From the NCBI GenBank assembly GCA_017427485.1, contig JAFRSR010000142.1:1862-65861 (forward strand): a stretch of DNA of 64,000 bases, given 5' to 3'. Positions within the stretch are counted from its first letter, which is position 1. Each line of letters starts with the position of its first letter. The notes below the pieces were generated by a model. It made no database searches. It was not told the DNA's origin and saw only the letters and a list, made by a program, of their open reading frames with translations. Position numbers and translations under genes: made by a program. Shown here in pieces: positions 46,251 to 55,626 of the stretch. Source of the DNA: Kiritimatiellia bacterium. GTDB lineage: Bacteria > Verrucomicrobiota > Kiritimatiellia > RFP12 > UBA1067.

Positions 46251-49200
46251 ATGAACAACAAGAAATTGATTCGAGCATTTTTGTTGCTGTCCGCGCTTGT
46301 CGCCTGCGGCGCCGCGCGCGCGAAGACGGTCGCGCTGTGGCCGCTGGAGGTGGACTCGAACAACATTGGCCTGCGCTGCGTGGTCAACCCAGCGAACGAC
46401 CTCAGCAAGGTCGATACGAATTTCGTAAACACCGTCACGGACGTCGAATGGGAGTTGCCGCCCAACCCCGATACCGACCGCCATGCCCTTGTGCCGCTCA
46501 ATCGCTCGGCCGTGCACGAGAAGTGGAGAGGGACGCCAAACGGATTCCTCTACAACACCTACAGCGGCCGTCACCTGCGGCGTGACAAGGCATTTACCAT
46601 CGAGGGATACATGAAGGTCCTGGAACTGCCCGCCAGCAACACATGGGCCTGTATCCTCTGTGCCTACGGCGTGGCTGCGCCAGGCGGCGCGGACAACAAC
46701 CGTTGGACGTTCTCCCTGCGTCGCCGGCCCGAGGAAAACTACGCCTGCAGCTGGATTTTCTGGGGAAACAATGCAGGCACGGATGCCGTGGTTAGCCGGT
46801 ATGTGGACGAAGAGGCTTCCTACGCAATCACCAACACATGGCTCCATATCGCGATTACCCACTCGCCTCTTGTGAACGGAAAAGACAACTGGGCATTCTA
46901 TATCAACGGCGAAAAGATCGGCGAACTGACCAAGACCGGGAACGTGATCGACACCTACACGAACCACCGTTTTGATCTCGGTGCCCGCAGCGGCAGTCAG
47001 GGCAATCCGATCAATGCCGTTTTTGACTACTGGCGCATTTCGGACAAGGTTCTGGAACCGTCGGAATTTCTCTGCGCGGGAGGGAGCGGTACGGCGGCAC
47101 CGACGAATTCCACGGTGGCGTATTGGCCGCTCGGCGTGACCGAGACGGGCGGCATCGACTGCCGTGACGCGGTGGGGAATGCGCCGCTTACAGGCGGTTT
47201 TTATGGAACGGTGTTCCATGAGAACTGCATGACGCCGATCGAGGACTGCGCGTTCGCGGGCAACCCGCCCAATACCACGGTCACGCTTTCGGAGGGCAAC
47301 GTGGGTTCTTTCCAGGGGTGCGCGACGTCCGCATGCTTGCGACAGGACACCGTGGGTGCCAGCCTCAACGTAACGAGCAACTTCACGGTGGAAGGCTGGT
47401 TCTGCCCCCGTATCTGCGAACGTGCAACCAAGACGCTTGGCGGGGAGGCCTGCTGCTATCTTTTCGGCACGCGCCTCGACTACGGCAAGGGCTGGGCGCT
47501 CCAGTACCGCGCGAAAGGGATCGACAAGTTTCAATTCGATCTCTACTGCGTGGACGGAGCGACCAATACGCTGATCAACAACGTCAAGTTGTCCGGATCG
47601 TTCGACATGAACAGCTGGTACGATACGTGGCGACATGTGGCGCTCTCGTACAACGCGGCGGGCGGCGCGAACGGCAACGGGCTGTGGACTCTTTACATCG
47701 ATGGCGTGCAGATCGGTTCTGCGGCAAACAGCCGCGCGCCGACGGCCATCACCGATTTCCGTCCTTTCATCCTGGGCGGTCGTGCAGCGATCGCCAATCA
47801 TAGTTTTCAGGGCAAGGTCGACTGCGTGCGCGTGAGTGCGACGGTGCTCTCTCCCAACCAGTTCCTCAATGCCACCAGCAACCCGGCGGTCGCGACGGAT
47901 GTCGTGGGCTTCTGGCCGCTTAACGTCATCAACGGCGTGTTCCCCGACCTGCGCGACGTTTCCGGGAAGAGCAACCATTTCGCCAGTCTGGACAACTATC
48001 CGATCTCGCTTGTCACGCCGGATCCGGACAACCAGCCCACGATTTCCAATCCTGATCGGACGCCCACGTTCCGCGGCGATCCGTCCAAAGTGAAAGGAAG
48101 CACCCGTTTCCGCGACCCGGATGCCTCCACCGACATCCACAAAGCCAACCTCATCACGGGTAGTAAGGCCCTCATGACAAGCCTTGCTGCCGGTGATTTC
48201 ACGTATGAGTTCTATTACTTGCGGCGAAGCACGGCCAAAAATGTCAGCGGAGACCAGGAAGTGTTCTTTATGCCCGCGGGTTCAAACAATGGTGCGTATA
48301 TCAGGTTCTTCAGAAAGAAAGAGGGCTTCTTTATTTGGGAGACACTCTATGTTTCTTCTGCCCTGGCAGACACGTGCGTTCTGCCCGATACTGACGGAAG
48401 TGGTCTGAAATACGATCAGTGGCAGCATATTGCGCTCGTCCATACCATCGAGCCCGTCGACGGCGTAGCGAAATCCGTCTGGCGCCTCTACCTCGATGGC
48501 GTATTGAAGGGGACGGCGTCGCAAAACGCGAAGACCAGTGCCATCACGGTGCCGAGCAGATTGTTCGTCGGTGGACGTCATTATACTAACAAAAACTCAG
48601 TCATTGGCAACCTTTCGTCAATCCGCCTGAGCAACCGCGCGCTCGATCCGTCGGAGTTCCTCTGCGCCACGCCTGCGGCGGGCGAGAAGCCGGAGCCGAC
48701 CGTCGGCTACTGGCCGATCGACTCCGTCCAGCCTGGCCTGGCGAACCTCGCCGACGAGGAGTACCCGCTCGTCGCGGACGGCACGGCCGCCGGGCAGGCC
48801 GATAAGGCGCGTCTCTCGATTCCCAACAAGAGCGCGCTCACGAATGTCGTGACGGGGGCGGCACGGCAGAACCATGGTTCTTACGCGCTGGGCGCGGGCG
48901 GCACGCTCGCGGCCGCGAGCATCGGATTTGACATGGCGGGGCCGAAGCCGTTCACGGCGGAGGGGTGGCTGAAGTGGACGCCGGCCGAGGGAACGGCGGA
49001 CGAAGACCTCATCACCGTGGGCGATGCGCTGACCGGTAACGGTGGCCTGCGCATCTTCTTCGACAAAACAGGCGAGACGCCGAAGCTGCGCGTGTTCGCA
49101 CGCGGCGCGTGGCCGTGCACGCCGTACGTGGACGGCGCGTTCGATGCGGACCTCACGTTCTTGGTGGGCACATGGGCGCATGTGGCCATCGCCTACGATA

Positions 49201-49436
49201 TCAGCGACGGAGAAGGAACTTGGACGCTGTACATTGAAGGGAAGCAGGTCGGCCAGGTGAAGAACTTCTACCACCCGACGTCCATCGACTACAGCCGTGG
49301 CGGCGACTTCACCCTCGGCTCGGCGGCGCATCCGCTTTCGGCTGCGGTCGACATGTGGCGCGTGAGCACGGTCGCGTACGCGTCGGAGGACCTCCTCTAC
49401 GCGCCGCCGGCCGGCATGACGATTCTCTTCCGGTGA
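46251..49436 (+). CDS. secreted (possibly lipoprotein) protein with four LamG/ConA-like (Laminin_G_3) domains
   Basis: Signal with possible lipobox LSALVACG. A repeated module recurs four times, for example WLHIAITHS...FYINGEKIG...WRISDKVLEPSEFL, WRHVALSY...LYIDGVQIG...VRVSATVLSPNQFL and WAHVAIAY...LYIEGKQVG. It ends ...AGMTILFR. Confidence 0.75.
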   Translation: MNNKKLIRAFLLLSALVACGAARAKTVALWPLEVDSNNIGLRCVVNPANDLSKVDTNFVNTVTDVEWELPPNPDTDRHALVPLNRSAVHEKWRGTPNGFLYNTYSGRHLRRDKAFTIEGYMKVLELPASNTWACILCAYGVAAPGGADNNRWTFSLRRRPEENYACSWIFWGNNAGTDAVVSRYVDEEASYAITNTWLHIAITHSPLVNGKDNWAFYINGEKIGELTKTGNVIDTYTNHRFDLGARSGSQGNPINAVFDYWRISDKVLEPSEFLCAGGSGTAAPTNSTVAYWPLGVTETGGIDCRDAVGNAPLTGGFYGTVFHENCMTPIEDCAFAGNPPNTTVTLSEGNVGSFQGCATSACLRQDTVGASLNVTSNFTVEGWFCPRICERATKTLGGEACCYLFGTRLDYGKGWALQYRAKGIDKFQFDLYCVDGATNTLINNVKLSGSFDMNSWYDTWRHVALSYNAAGGANGNGLWTLYIDGVQIGSAANSRAPTAITDFRPFILGGRAAIANHSFQGKVDCVRVSATVLSPNQFLNATSNPAVATDVVGFWPLNVINGVFPDLRDVSGKSNHFASLDNYPISLVTPDPDNQPTISNPDRTPTFRGDPSKVKGSTRFRDPDASTDIHKANLITGSKALMTSLAAGDFTYEFYYLRRSTAKNVSGDQEVFFMPAGSNNGAYIRFFRKKEGFFIWETLYVSSALADTCVLPDTDGSGLKYDQWQHIALVHTIEPVDGVAKSVWRLYLDGVLKGTASQNAKTSAITVPSRLFVGGRHYTNKNSVIGNLSSIRLSNRALDPSEFLCATPAAGEKPEPTVGYWPIDSVQPGLANLADEEYPLVADGTAAGQADKARLSIPNKSALTNVVTGAARQNHGSYALGAGGTLAAASIGFDMAGPKPFTAEGWLKWTPAEGTADEDLITVGDALTGNGGLRIFFDKTGETPKLRVFARGAWPCTPYVDGAFDADLTFLVGTWAHVAIAYDISDGEGTWTLYIEGKQVGQVKNFYHPTSIDYSRGGDFTLGSAAHPLSAAVDMWRVSTVAYASEDLLYAPPAGMTILFR

Positions 49437-49757
49437 GTTGCGGCGTGGGGAAGAACGGATAGTGGTTAAGGTAACTAAGATTTTTTCTGGCGGCGGTTCT
49501 TGCTGCCGGCGCTTCATGGTCGCGGGCTGGCGAAGAGACGCTGATGTGGGACGATCCGGCGGCGCATGTGACGATTCGCGGGACGCTCTCGTTCACACGG
49601 GAGAAAGATGCGCTGTCATTCGTGAAATGTCCGGAGGGCTTCCCCGAGGACCGTCTTGCGCTGATGAGCGCGCGCGGCGAGATATGCGGGTACCTCACGC
49701 GCCGCGCTCCGAGACCGTGTCTCGAACCATTCCCCTGTCGGTGCGTTAGGTGTGGCG

Positions 49758-49790
49758 CTCCATATGGGGAGCCGCCGTCTCGGCGGCGCG
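49758..49790 (+). repeat. CCATATGGGGAG-type GC hairpin element
   Basis: ctccatatggggagccgccgtctcggcggcgcg has stem gccgcc/ggcggc around a gtctc loop. It is near-identical to 53817-53851. Confidence 0.85.
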
Positions 49791-49820
49791 AATTTCGGCT
49801 TGCGGGAAAAGGCCGGAGTG

Positions 49821-49829
49821 TGTTATGAT
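49821..49829 (+). promoter_or_regulatory. extended -10 box (TGTTATGAT), leaderless geometry onto an upstream ORF
   Basis: tgttatgat is followed by 6 nt and then ATG 49836. Confidence 0.35.
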
Positions 49830-49835
49830 AGCGCA

Positions 49836-49985
49836 ATGTTTGGAAAAGGACAGAGGACAGAAGACGGCGGACAAAGGATGGAAGCACAATCCTTTGTCAT
49901 TTCGTCCTTTGTCCTCAAACAAGAGTGTACATCCTGCGCGCCGCGAGAGCGGTGCGCGCCGAAGGAGAAGGAGAGCGGAATATGA
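49836..49985 (+). other. candidate 49-codon upstream ORF ending in an ATGA overlap with the start of the 49982 gene
   Basis: MFGKGQRTEDGGQRMEAQSFVISSFVLKQECTSCAPRERCAPKEKESGI. It spans the heptad hairpin at 49848-49915. Its TGA at 49983-49985 overlaps ATG 49982. Confidence 0.25.
49848..49915. repeat. GGACAGA heptad inverted-repeat hairpin, second copy
   Basis: The left part is ggacagaggacagaagacggcggacaaagga and the right part is tcctttgtcatttcgtcctttgtcct. It belongs to the same family as 38174-38247. Confidence 0.85.
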
Positions 49986-52900
49986 AGAAGTTGATTGTTT
50001 ACTTGGCAGCAATGGGAATTGCTGGGGGGACGGGGTTGTCGGTCAGGGCAGCCAACGGCACGTGGAACTGGTTCACGGAAAGCTACACGAACGGCCTCTC
50101 CATCGAGGCTGCCGCCGACTGGAACGACACGGCCAACTGGGTGGAAGGGGTGGTGCCCGAGGGGGAGAGCCCGACGGCATACATCGTGCCGTCTGACCGC
50201 ACTTCGTCAATGGCCTCTTTCCCCGCGCGCTGGATCAAGGTGCCGGACGCGGGCGTCACGCTCGGCTACCTCTCCACGCGCCAGGCCGCGAAGGTGTACC
50301 TTTTGGGCGGGCCGATATCGTTCGGCGACACGTCAACCTACAATGCCTCGTTCAGCGCCCTGCGCGACGAAGTGCAGAACTCAAGCACATGTCCCGTGTG
50401 GATCTACAACGCCATCACGTTCCCCAACCTCACGGCCAGGAACACCGGCACGCTCGTGAACCGCGTGAACATCTGCGCGCCGGTGACGTGTCCGCCCCCC
50501 GCGCGCATCCAGATCTCCGCCGACTACCGCCACTACATGAACCGCTACGCCACGTCCACGTCCGAGCAGGTGGTCGACGAGGGGGTGACGGGCCGTCTCT
50601 CGCCCGGTTCCGGCGGCGTGCGCCTCTACGCGCGCATGAGTGCACCGGAACAGACCGGCGTATGGATCACCACCGACCAGTCTCCCTATCTCCGCCGCGT
50701 GGGCGCGGCGCACGACCTCACGCCCGGCTGCGCCGTGACCGGCCCCGGCATCCCGGACGGCGCATGGCTGAAGCGCATCTTCGCCGCCGACCTGATCGAG
50801 ATTTCCGCCCCCGCCACGGCCGACTCCGGCGACGACGGCGCCACACTCACATTCGGCGCGTTCAACCCGACCACGATCCAGCACATGGATTCCTTCGCCA
50901 ACCAGGGTGCCGCCAACGCGGAAGTCGCGCTTTACGCGACCAAGTTCCGGAAGGACGACGTGTTCCGCGTGGAGATCACGAATCTCGTCTGCATCTCCAG
51001 CTATGCCGTAACCTTCAATCTCGACACGGACACAACCGCCTCCAACAACTTCGCGACGAACAAGACGTACTATCCGGGGACGGTCGTTCTGCACAAGACC
51101 CCTGCGAACGACAGTACCCTGATCCGCCTCCGAAAGGCGCACGTCGAGTTCGCCGGCGGCGGCTGCCGCCGGATCGACATCAGCGACAACGCCCGCATCA
51201 CGGCGCCTGCCGGGACCACGGCAGTCGTGAAGATCGTCCACGGCTGGACGGCGCCCCTCACAAAGGACGGCGCGGGCACGCTCGACATCGCCTCGACGAA
51301 TTCGACCCATTCGGGCCTCGTGGTGGAGGAAGGGAACTTCATCTTCCGTCCGTCGTATTCCGGCACGGCGACGATGGGGACGCTCGCCGTCTCCAACAAC
51401 GCCACGTTCACGCTCGCGGCAGGGACGTCGCTCAAGGTGACGTCGGCCCCCGCGCTCCAGGCGGGCGCGCGCATCGTGATCGAGGAGGGCGCGCGGCTCC
51501 TCTTGCCGGGGTCGTACGTGTTGCCGTCCGGCGTGACGTTCGACGGCGCGGGGACTTTGGTCTCGGCCTACAGCACGGGCGGTCTCGACGGCGGGCCGAT
51601 CCGCTCCACGCCCCCTGCGGGCGCGGTCGTGGGAAATCCCGCGTTCTGGGTGACGGCGGAATCCCTCACGAACGCCGTGCCGTCGGGGACGCTCGTCGTC
51701 GAGGACGGTACGCGCTTCGTCACGCGCCTCAACGACTGCCGCGGTGGCGCGGAGGACGGCTACCATTTCTGCACGAACGTGTACAACCGGCCGTGGCTCG
51801 TCACGGACGGCGCGGTGCCGTACATCCAGTTCAAGACAGGAACCAGCGGCGGAAGCGAGAGCGCGAACAACTACGGCCTCGCGTGGGACGTGCCGCTCAC
51901 GAACATCCGCGCGGTCTTCGCCGTCCTCTCTTCACCCTCATCGGGCATGGGATGCCTCCTGGGCGCGACGAAGCGCCTCACGCCCTGCGACTACCTTCGC
52001 GGCAGCACGGGCTCCGGTTCAAATATCTTCTATTGGAACGGCTCGGGTTCGAGTCCCAACGTCCATGACGCCCCCATCTACCGCAATGGAGTCGAGATAA
52101 AGTACAACTCCAACTACAATGGCTGCTCCGACACGACGATCATTGAGGTGGATACGCTCGGCGACACGTCCGCCGACGCCTTCAGCATCTGCCATTCGGG
52201 ACAGTGGGGCAAACGTTGGGACCTCTGCGGTGGTCGTCTCGTGGAGTACATCATCTACACGAACGCGCTCACGTACGCCGAGCGGCTGCAGGTGAGCGAT
52301 TACCTGATGCGCAAGTGGCGCGGGGAGCCTTCGCCCCACAAGTTCGCCGACCAGCGCCAGCGCGTCAGCGCCGTCACGTTCCCGCAGGGCGACGCCGCCT
52401 ACGGGATGTACGTCGCGTCCGGCGAGGCCGTCACGGCGCTGGGCGTGGAAACCGGTGGCGTTCTCGGAAAGACGGGCGGCGGCACGTTGCACTTGATGGA
52501 CTATTCGGATCCGACCGGCACGCTCCGCGTCGAGGAAGGCACGGTCGTGGTGCAGTCGGTTGATCCCGCCGCGTTCGCCCTGCCGCCCGGGGCGTACCTC
52601 CACCTCGACGCCTCCGCCGACGCCACGCTCACCAAGACGACGAGCGGCGGGATCACGCGCGTGACGGCCTGGTCCGACCCCGACGGCGGACTCACGGCGA
52701 CGCTGAAGGCGGCTGCTTCAACGAACGCGCCGCGCCTTGTGGAGAATGTCCTGAACGGACGGCCCGTCCTCGACTTCGGCGCGGCGCAGGGCAGCCAGGC
52801 GCAAGGGGCCAAGAATGATCCGACCATGCGCTTCCCCCTTTCACGCGACATCCGCACGGTGTTCTCCGTCCTTGGCTCGAAGGGCGGCGGCAACACGATT

Positions 52901-53743
52901 TTGGGCGGAACCGCCGGGCGTAATGACGCGCTCTCTCTTCGAACCAGCAACAATACCGCCATCGGCATCTGGCGCGACGTGCAGGCGCATCCGGGCGATC
53001 CGTCGCTCCCGCTCGTCACCACGAGCGGCAACACCAGCAGCCAAATGGGCAGCATCGCGGATCCCACGAAGACGGAATTCCACAAGAACGGCGTGGTGGT
53101 GAACCAGAAGACGGAGCCGATGGGCGGAGGATACGACCTTTATTCGGTGAAGACGATCACCGCGCACAGCATGGAGTCGGACACGCTCGGCGGCATCCAC
53201 TACGCGCAGTCCTGGGGCGGCGTGGAGCTGGGCGAGATCGCCTACTACGAGCGCGTCCTCACGCCGGACGAGGTCGCCGACGCGGAGAGCCATCTTCTCC
53301 TCAAGTGGTTCAACCACGGGGGACCGTACCGCCGTCCAGCGGCGGTGGGAACGCTTGCCGTCTCCGCCGGTGCCACCCTCTCCCTGTTCGGCGGCGCGCC
53401 GATGACGGTTTCCGCGCTTTCCGGTTCCGGGACGGTCGACGGCGACGTGAAGTTCGCCTCCGGCGGCGGGTTGACGGCCGTGGTGGCGGCGGACGGCTCG
53501 ATCGCCTCGCTGACGGTCACGGGCGCGTTTGACGCGTCGGCCGGCGGCGTGGTGACGTTCACTGGCGCGACGGAGAACCTGCAGATCGGGAACTATCCCC
53601 TCGTCACGGCGGCGGAGTTGACGTTCGGCGGCCAATGGACATGCGTCTCGCCAGACGCCTCTCGGACCGCCTTCCTGCGCAAGGAAGGCAACACGTTGAC
53701 GCTCGTCGTCGCTTCGCGCGGCACGATTCTCATCTTCCGCTGA
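49982..53743 (+). CDS. giant secreted beta-helix protein with LamG-like modules
   Basis: SD aaggagaaggag followed by ATG 49982. Signal peptide MKKLIVYLAAMGIAGGTGLSVRA. LamG-type ends ...YIIYTNALTYAERLQVSDYLMRKW and ...IAYYERVLTPDEVADAESHLLLKW. It ends ...RGTILIFR. Confidence 0.75.
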   Translation: MKKLIVYLAAMGIAGGTGLSVRAANGTWNWFTESYTNGLSIEAAADWNDTANWVEGVVPEGESPTAYIVPSDRTSSMASFPARWIKVPDAGVTLGYLSTRQAAKVYLLGGPISFGDTSTYNASFSALRDEVQNSSTCPVWIYNAITFPNLTARNTGTLVNRVNICAPVTCPPPARIQISADYRHYMNRYATSTSEQVVDEGVTGRLSPGSGGVRLYARMSAPEQTGVWITTDQSPYLRRVGAAHDLTPGCAVTGPGIPDGAWLKRIFAADLIEISAPATADSGDDGATLTFGAFNPTTIQHMDSFANQGAANAEVALYATKFRKDDVFRVEITNLVCISSYAVTFNLDTDTTASNNFATNKTYYPGTVVLHKTPANDSTLIRLRKAHVEFAGGGCRRIDISDNARITAPAGTTAVVKIVHGWTAPLTKDGAGTLDIASTNSTHSGLVVEEGNFIFRPSYSGTATMGTLAVSNNATFTLAAGTSLKVTSAPALQAGARIVIEEGARLLLPGSYVLPSGVTFDGAGTLVSAYSTGGLDGGPIRSTPPAGAVVGNPAFWVTAESLTNAVPSGTLVVEDGTRFVTRLNDCRGGAEDGYHFCTNVYNRPWLVTDGAVPYIQFKTGTSGGSESANNYGLAWDVPLTNIRAVFAVLSSPSSGMGCLLGATKRLTPCDYLRGSTGSGSNIFYWNGSGSSPNVHDAPIYRNGVEIKYNSNYNGCSDTTIIEVDTLGDTSADAFSICHSGQWGKRWDLCGGRLVEYIIYTNALTYAERLQVSDYLMRKWRGEPSPHKFADQRQRVSAVTFPQGDAAYGMYVASGEAVTALGVETGGVLGKTGGGTLHLMDYSDPTGTLRVEEGTVVVQSVDPAAFALPPGAYLHLDASADATLTKTTSGGITRVTAWSDPDGGLTATLKAAASTNAPRLVENVLNGRPVLDFGAAQGSQAQGAKNDPTMRFPLSRDIRTVFSVLGSKGGGNTILGGTAGRNDALSLRTSNNTAIGIWRDVQAHPGDPSLPLVTTSGNTSSQMGSIADPTKTEFHKNGVVVNQKTEPMGGGYDLYSVKTITAHSMESDTLGGIHYAQSWGGVELGEIAYYERVLTPDEVADAESHLLLKWFNHGGPYRRPAAVGTLAVSAGATLSLFGGAPMTVSALSGSGTVDGDVKFASGGGLTAVVAADGSIASLTVTGAFDASAGGVVTFTGATENLQIGNYPLVTAAELTFGGQWTCVSPDASRTAFLRKEGNTLTLVVASRGTILIFR

Positions 53744-53746
53744 CCG

Positions 53747-53851
53747 CTACGGGCGAGACGCCCGTTGTCCCAGTGGTAGGGCGCGGCGTCCTCGACGCGC
53801 CGCCAAGATGGCGGCGTTCCATATGGGGAGCCGCCGTCTCGGCGGCTCCCC
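53747..53851. repeat. cluster of three GC hairpin elements of the CGTCTCG-loop family
   Basis: ctacgggcgagacgcccgttgtcccagtgg (53747-53776, inverted orientation). tagggcgcggcgtcctcgacgcgccgcc (53777-53804). ttccatatggggagccgccgtctcggcggctcccc (53817-53851), which has a perfect 11-bp stem. Confidence 0.85.
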
Positions 53852-53871
53852 TTGCATGAAACCAAACGGTA

Positions 53872-53880
53872 TGATACAAT
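53872..53880 (+). promoter_or_regulatory. extended -10 box (TGATACAAT), leaderless geometry
   Basis: tgatacaat is followed by 8 nt and then ATG 53889, with no SD sequence. Confidence 0.45.
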
Positions 53881-53888
53881 ATAGCACC

Positions 53889-55016
53889 ATGAAAAAACAC
53901 CTTCAGGGCATCAACCCGTTCAGGTACGGGTGCGTGGTCGAGGATAGCTTCTACTGTCCGAGACCGTCGCTTGAACGTCAGCTCGCCGGATTTATCCGTT
54001 CCGGGCAGAACGTCGTCGTCCACGGCGAACGGCGCATGGGCAAGACGTCGCTGATCAACGCGGTTGTGCGCGGCATGCGCGGGTGGCGGATGCTCTACGT
54101 GGACCTGTTGCACGTCCAGACCGTCGGCGACGTCTGCCGCCGGATCGTCTCGTCCGTGCGCAACCTGGAGCGGAAGGCATCCCTCTTCGAGAAGGCACTG
54201 AAGCTTCTGCCGAGGTTGCGGCCGGTGATGAAGGTGGATCCCGCAACGGGGGAATTCGGGTTCGGGCTTGACGCGCGCGCGGCGGAGGATCCGTATGCCG
54301 TGGAGGAGGTGCTGGACATGCTCGCCAAGGTCGCGGCCAACGGTCGGACGGTCGTCGTGTTCGACGAGTTCCAGGACGTCGGCAATCTCTCGGGCGCGCA
54401 GACCGTGCTTGCCCTCATGCGCGGACGCATCCAGTTCCAGGGCGACGTACCGTACGTGTTCACCGGCAGCGTCAGAAGCAGGATGGTCGAGTTGTTCGAC
54501 AATCCCGACAGCGCCTTCTACAAGTCCGCGCTCACCCTGTGCGTCGGGGAGATCGACAGGGATTCCTTCGCGAGCTTCCTCCAGAGCCGCTTTGAAACCG
54601 GACGACGGCGCGTCTCCGACGAGACGGTGAGCGCCATCATGGACACCGTCGCGGACGTTCCGGGCGACGTGCAGCAGCTGTGCGAGGCGGCCTGGGGCGT
54701 GACGTCGGGTAGCGTGGGGGTCGAGGACATCGAGGCGGCGCTTCAGGTCGTGTTCATGCGCGAGGGAGACAAGTTCGAAAGTTTCTGCGAACGGCTTTCG
54801 CCCGTGCAGTTCAAGTTGCTGATGGGCATCGCGCGGCTGGGCGGCCGCGAAATCCAGTCGCGCGCGTTCCTCGACGAGGCGGGAATCGGTAATGCGGCGT
54901 CCGCGCGGAAGGCCGCGATCAGGCTTTGCGAACTCAGGTACGTCTATTCGTTCAGGGGCGAGTACCGATTCTCCAGCATGTTCTTCAGGGCTTGGCTTTT
55001 GCGCCGTGACTATTGA
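53889..55016 (+). CDS. Arch-ATPase (ATPase_2)-type P-loop NTPase
   Basis: Walker A GERRMGKTSLINAV. Walker B VVVFDEFQDV. ATG 53889 is preferred over the listed 53808, which begins inside the hairpin repeat. Confidence 0.65.
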   Translation: MKKHLQGINPFRYGCVVEDSFYCPRPSLERQLAGFIRSGQNVVVHGERRMGKTSLINAVVRGMRGWRMLYVDLLHVQTVGDVCRRIVSSVRNLERKASLFEKALKLLPRLRPVMKVDPATGEFGFGLDARAAEDPYAVEEVLDMLAKVAANGRTVVVFDEFQDVGNLSGAQTVLALMRGRIQFQGDVPYVFTGSVRSRMVELFDNPDSAFYKSALTLCVGEIDRDSFASFLQSRFETGRRRVSDETVSAIMDTVADVPGDVQQLCEAAWGVTSGSVGVEDIEAALQVVFMREGDKFESFCERLSPVQFKLLMGIARLGGREIQSRAFLDEAGIGNAASARKAAIRLCELRYVYSFRGEYRFSSMFFRAWLLRRDY

Positions 55017-55107
55017 ACTAGAAATATGGGCGCATCTGCGTTTTTCACCAAGGCGCATTGAGATTGGAAACAACCAGAACAACTGGTAAAAACAACTTTA
55101 AAGAAGT

Positions 55108-55135
55108 GCGCGGGCTAACTCGCCCGCGCTTTTTC
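55108..55135 (+). terminator. rho-independent terminator
   Basis: gcgcgggc taactc gcccgcgc has an 8-bp GC stem and is followed by tttttct. Confidence 0.7.
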
Positions 55136-55204
55136 TGTCTTCTGCCCATCGTAGCTGATGGATTTTTGGTATGCTTGCGCCATCGCCACCGCGAAGGAAA
55201 TTCC

Positions 55205-55519
55205 ATGATGGATGCAACAGAACTGAAAAACCACGTCTATGACATTGTGGGCGCACTGCATTCCGTTCGCGACGAGCTCGGGCCCGGCATCAACGAATAC
55301 TGCTACCAAGAAGCGCTTGCGATGGAATTGTCCGACAGGGGCATCCCGTTTGTTCGCCACAATCGAGCGGTATTTCTACGACACGGACAACCGCGAGATC
55401 CTGACCTCCGACGGGAAGCCGTTCCAGGATCGGCAAATGGGCTCGGGCGAGTTAGCCCGTGCGCCAAAGGCAAGTTGTTTCAAATAGTTGTTTCCATTCA
55501 TCAGAAGGCTCGGCGGTGA
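55205..55519 (+). pseudogene. GxxExxY-family (PD-(D/E)XK-like) gene, apparently truncated or frameshifted
   Basis: The N-terminal half MMDATELKNHVYDIVGALHSVRDELGPGINEYCYQEALAMELSDRGIPF matches the GxxExxY family (GINEYCY). After that no frame continues the expected second half. The region is more A/T-rich than its flanks. Confidence 0.5.
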
Positions 55520-55626
55520 ATTACGCAGATGCGCCCCCGCAATCCACCCCCAGTATTTTCTCCTTGCGCCAGACGCATGGATTTGGCATAATTGACGCGC
55601 ATTTATGGCGTAAAAGAGGAGTGAAG

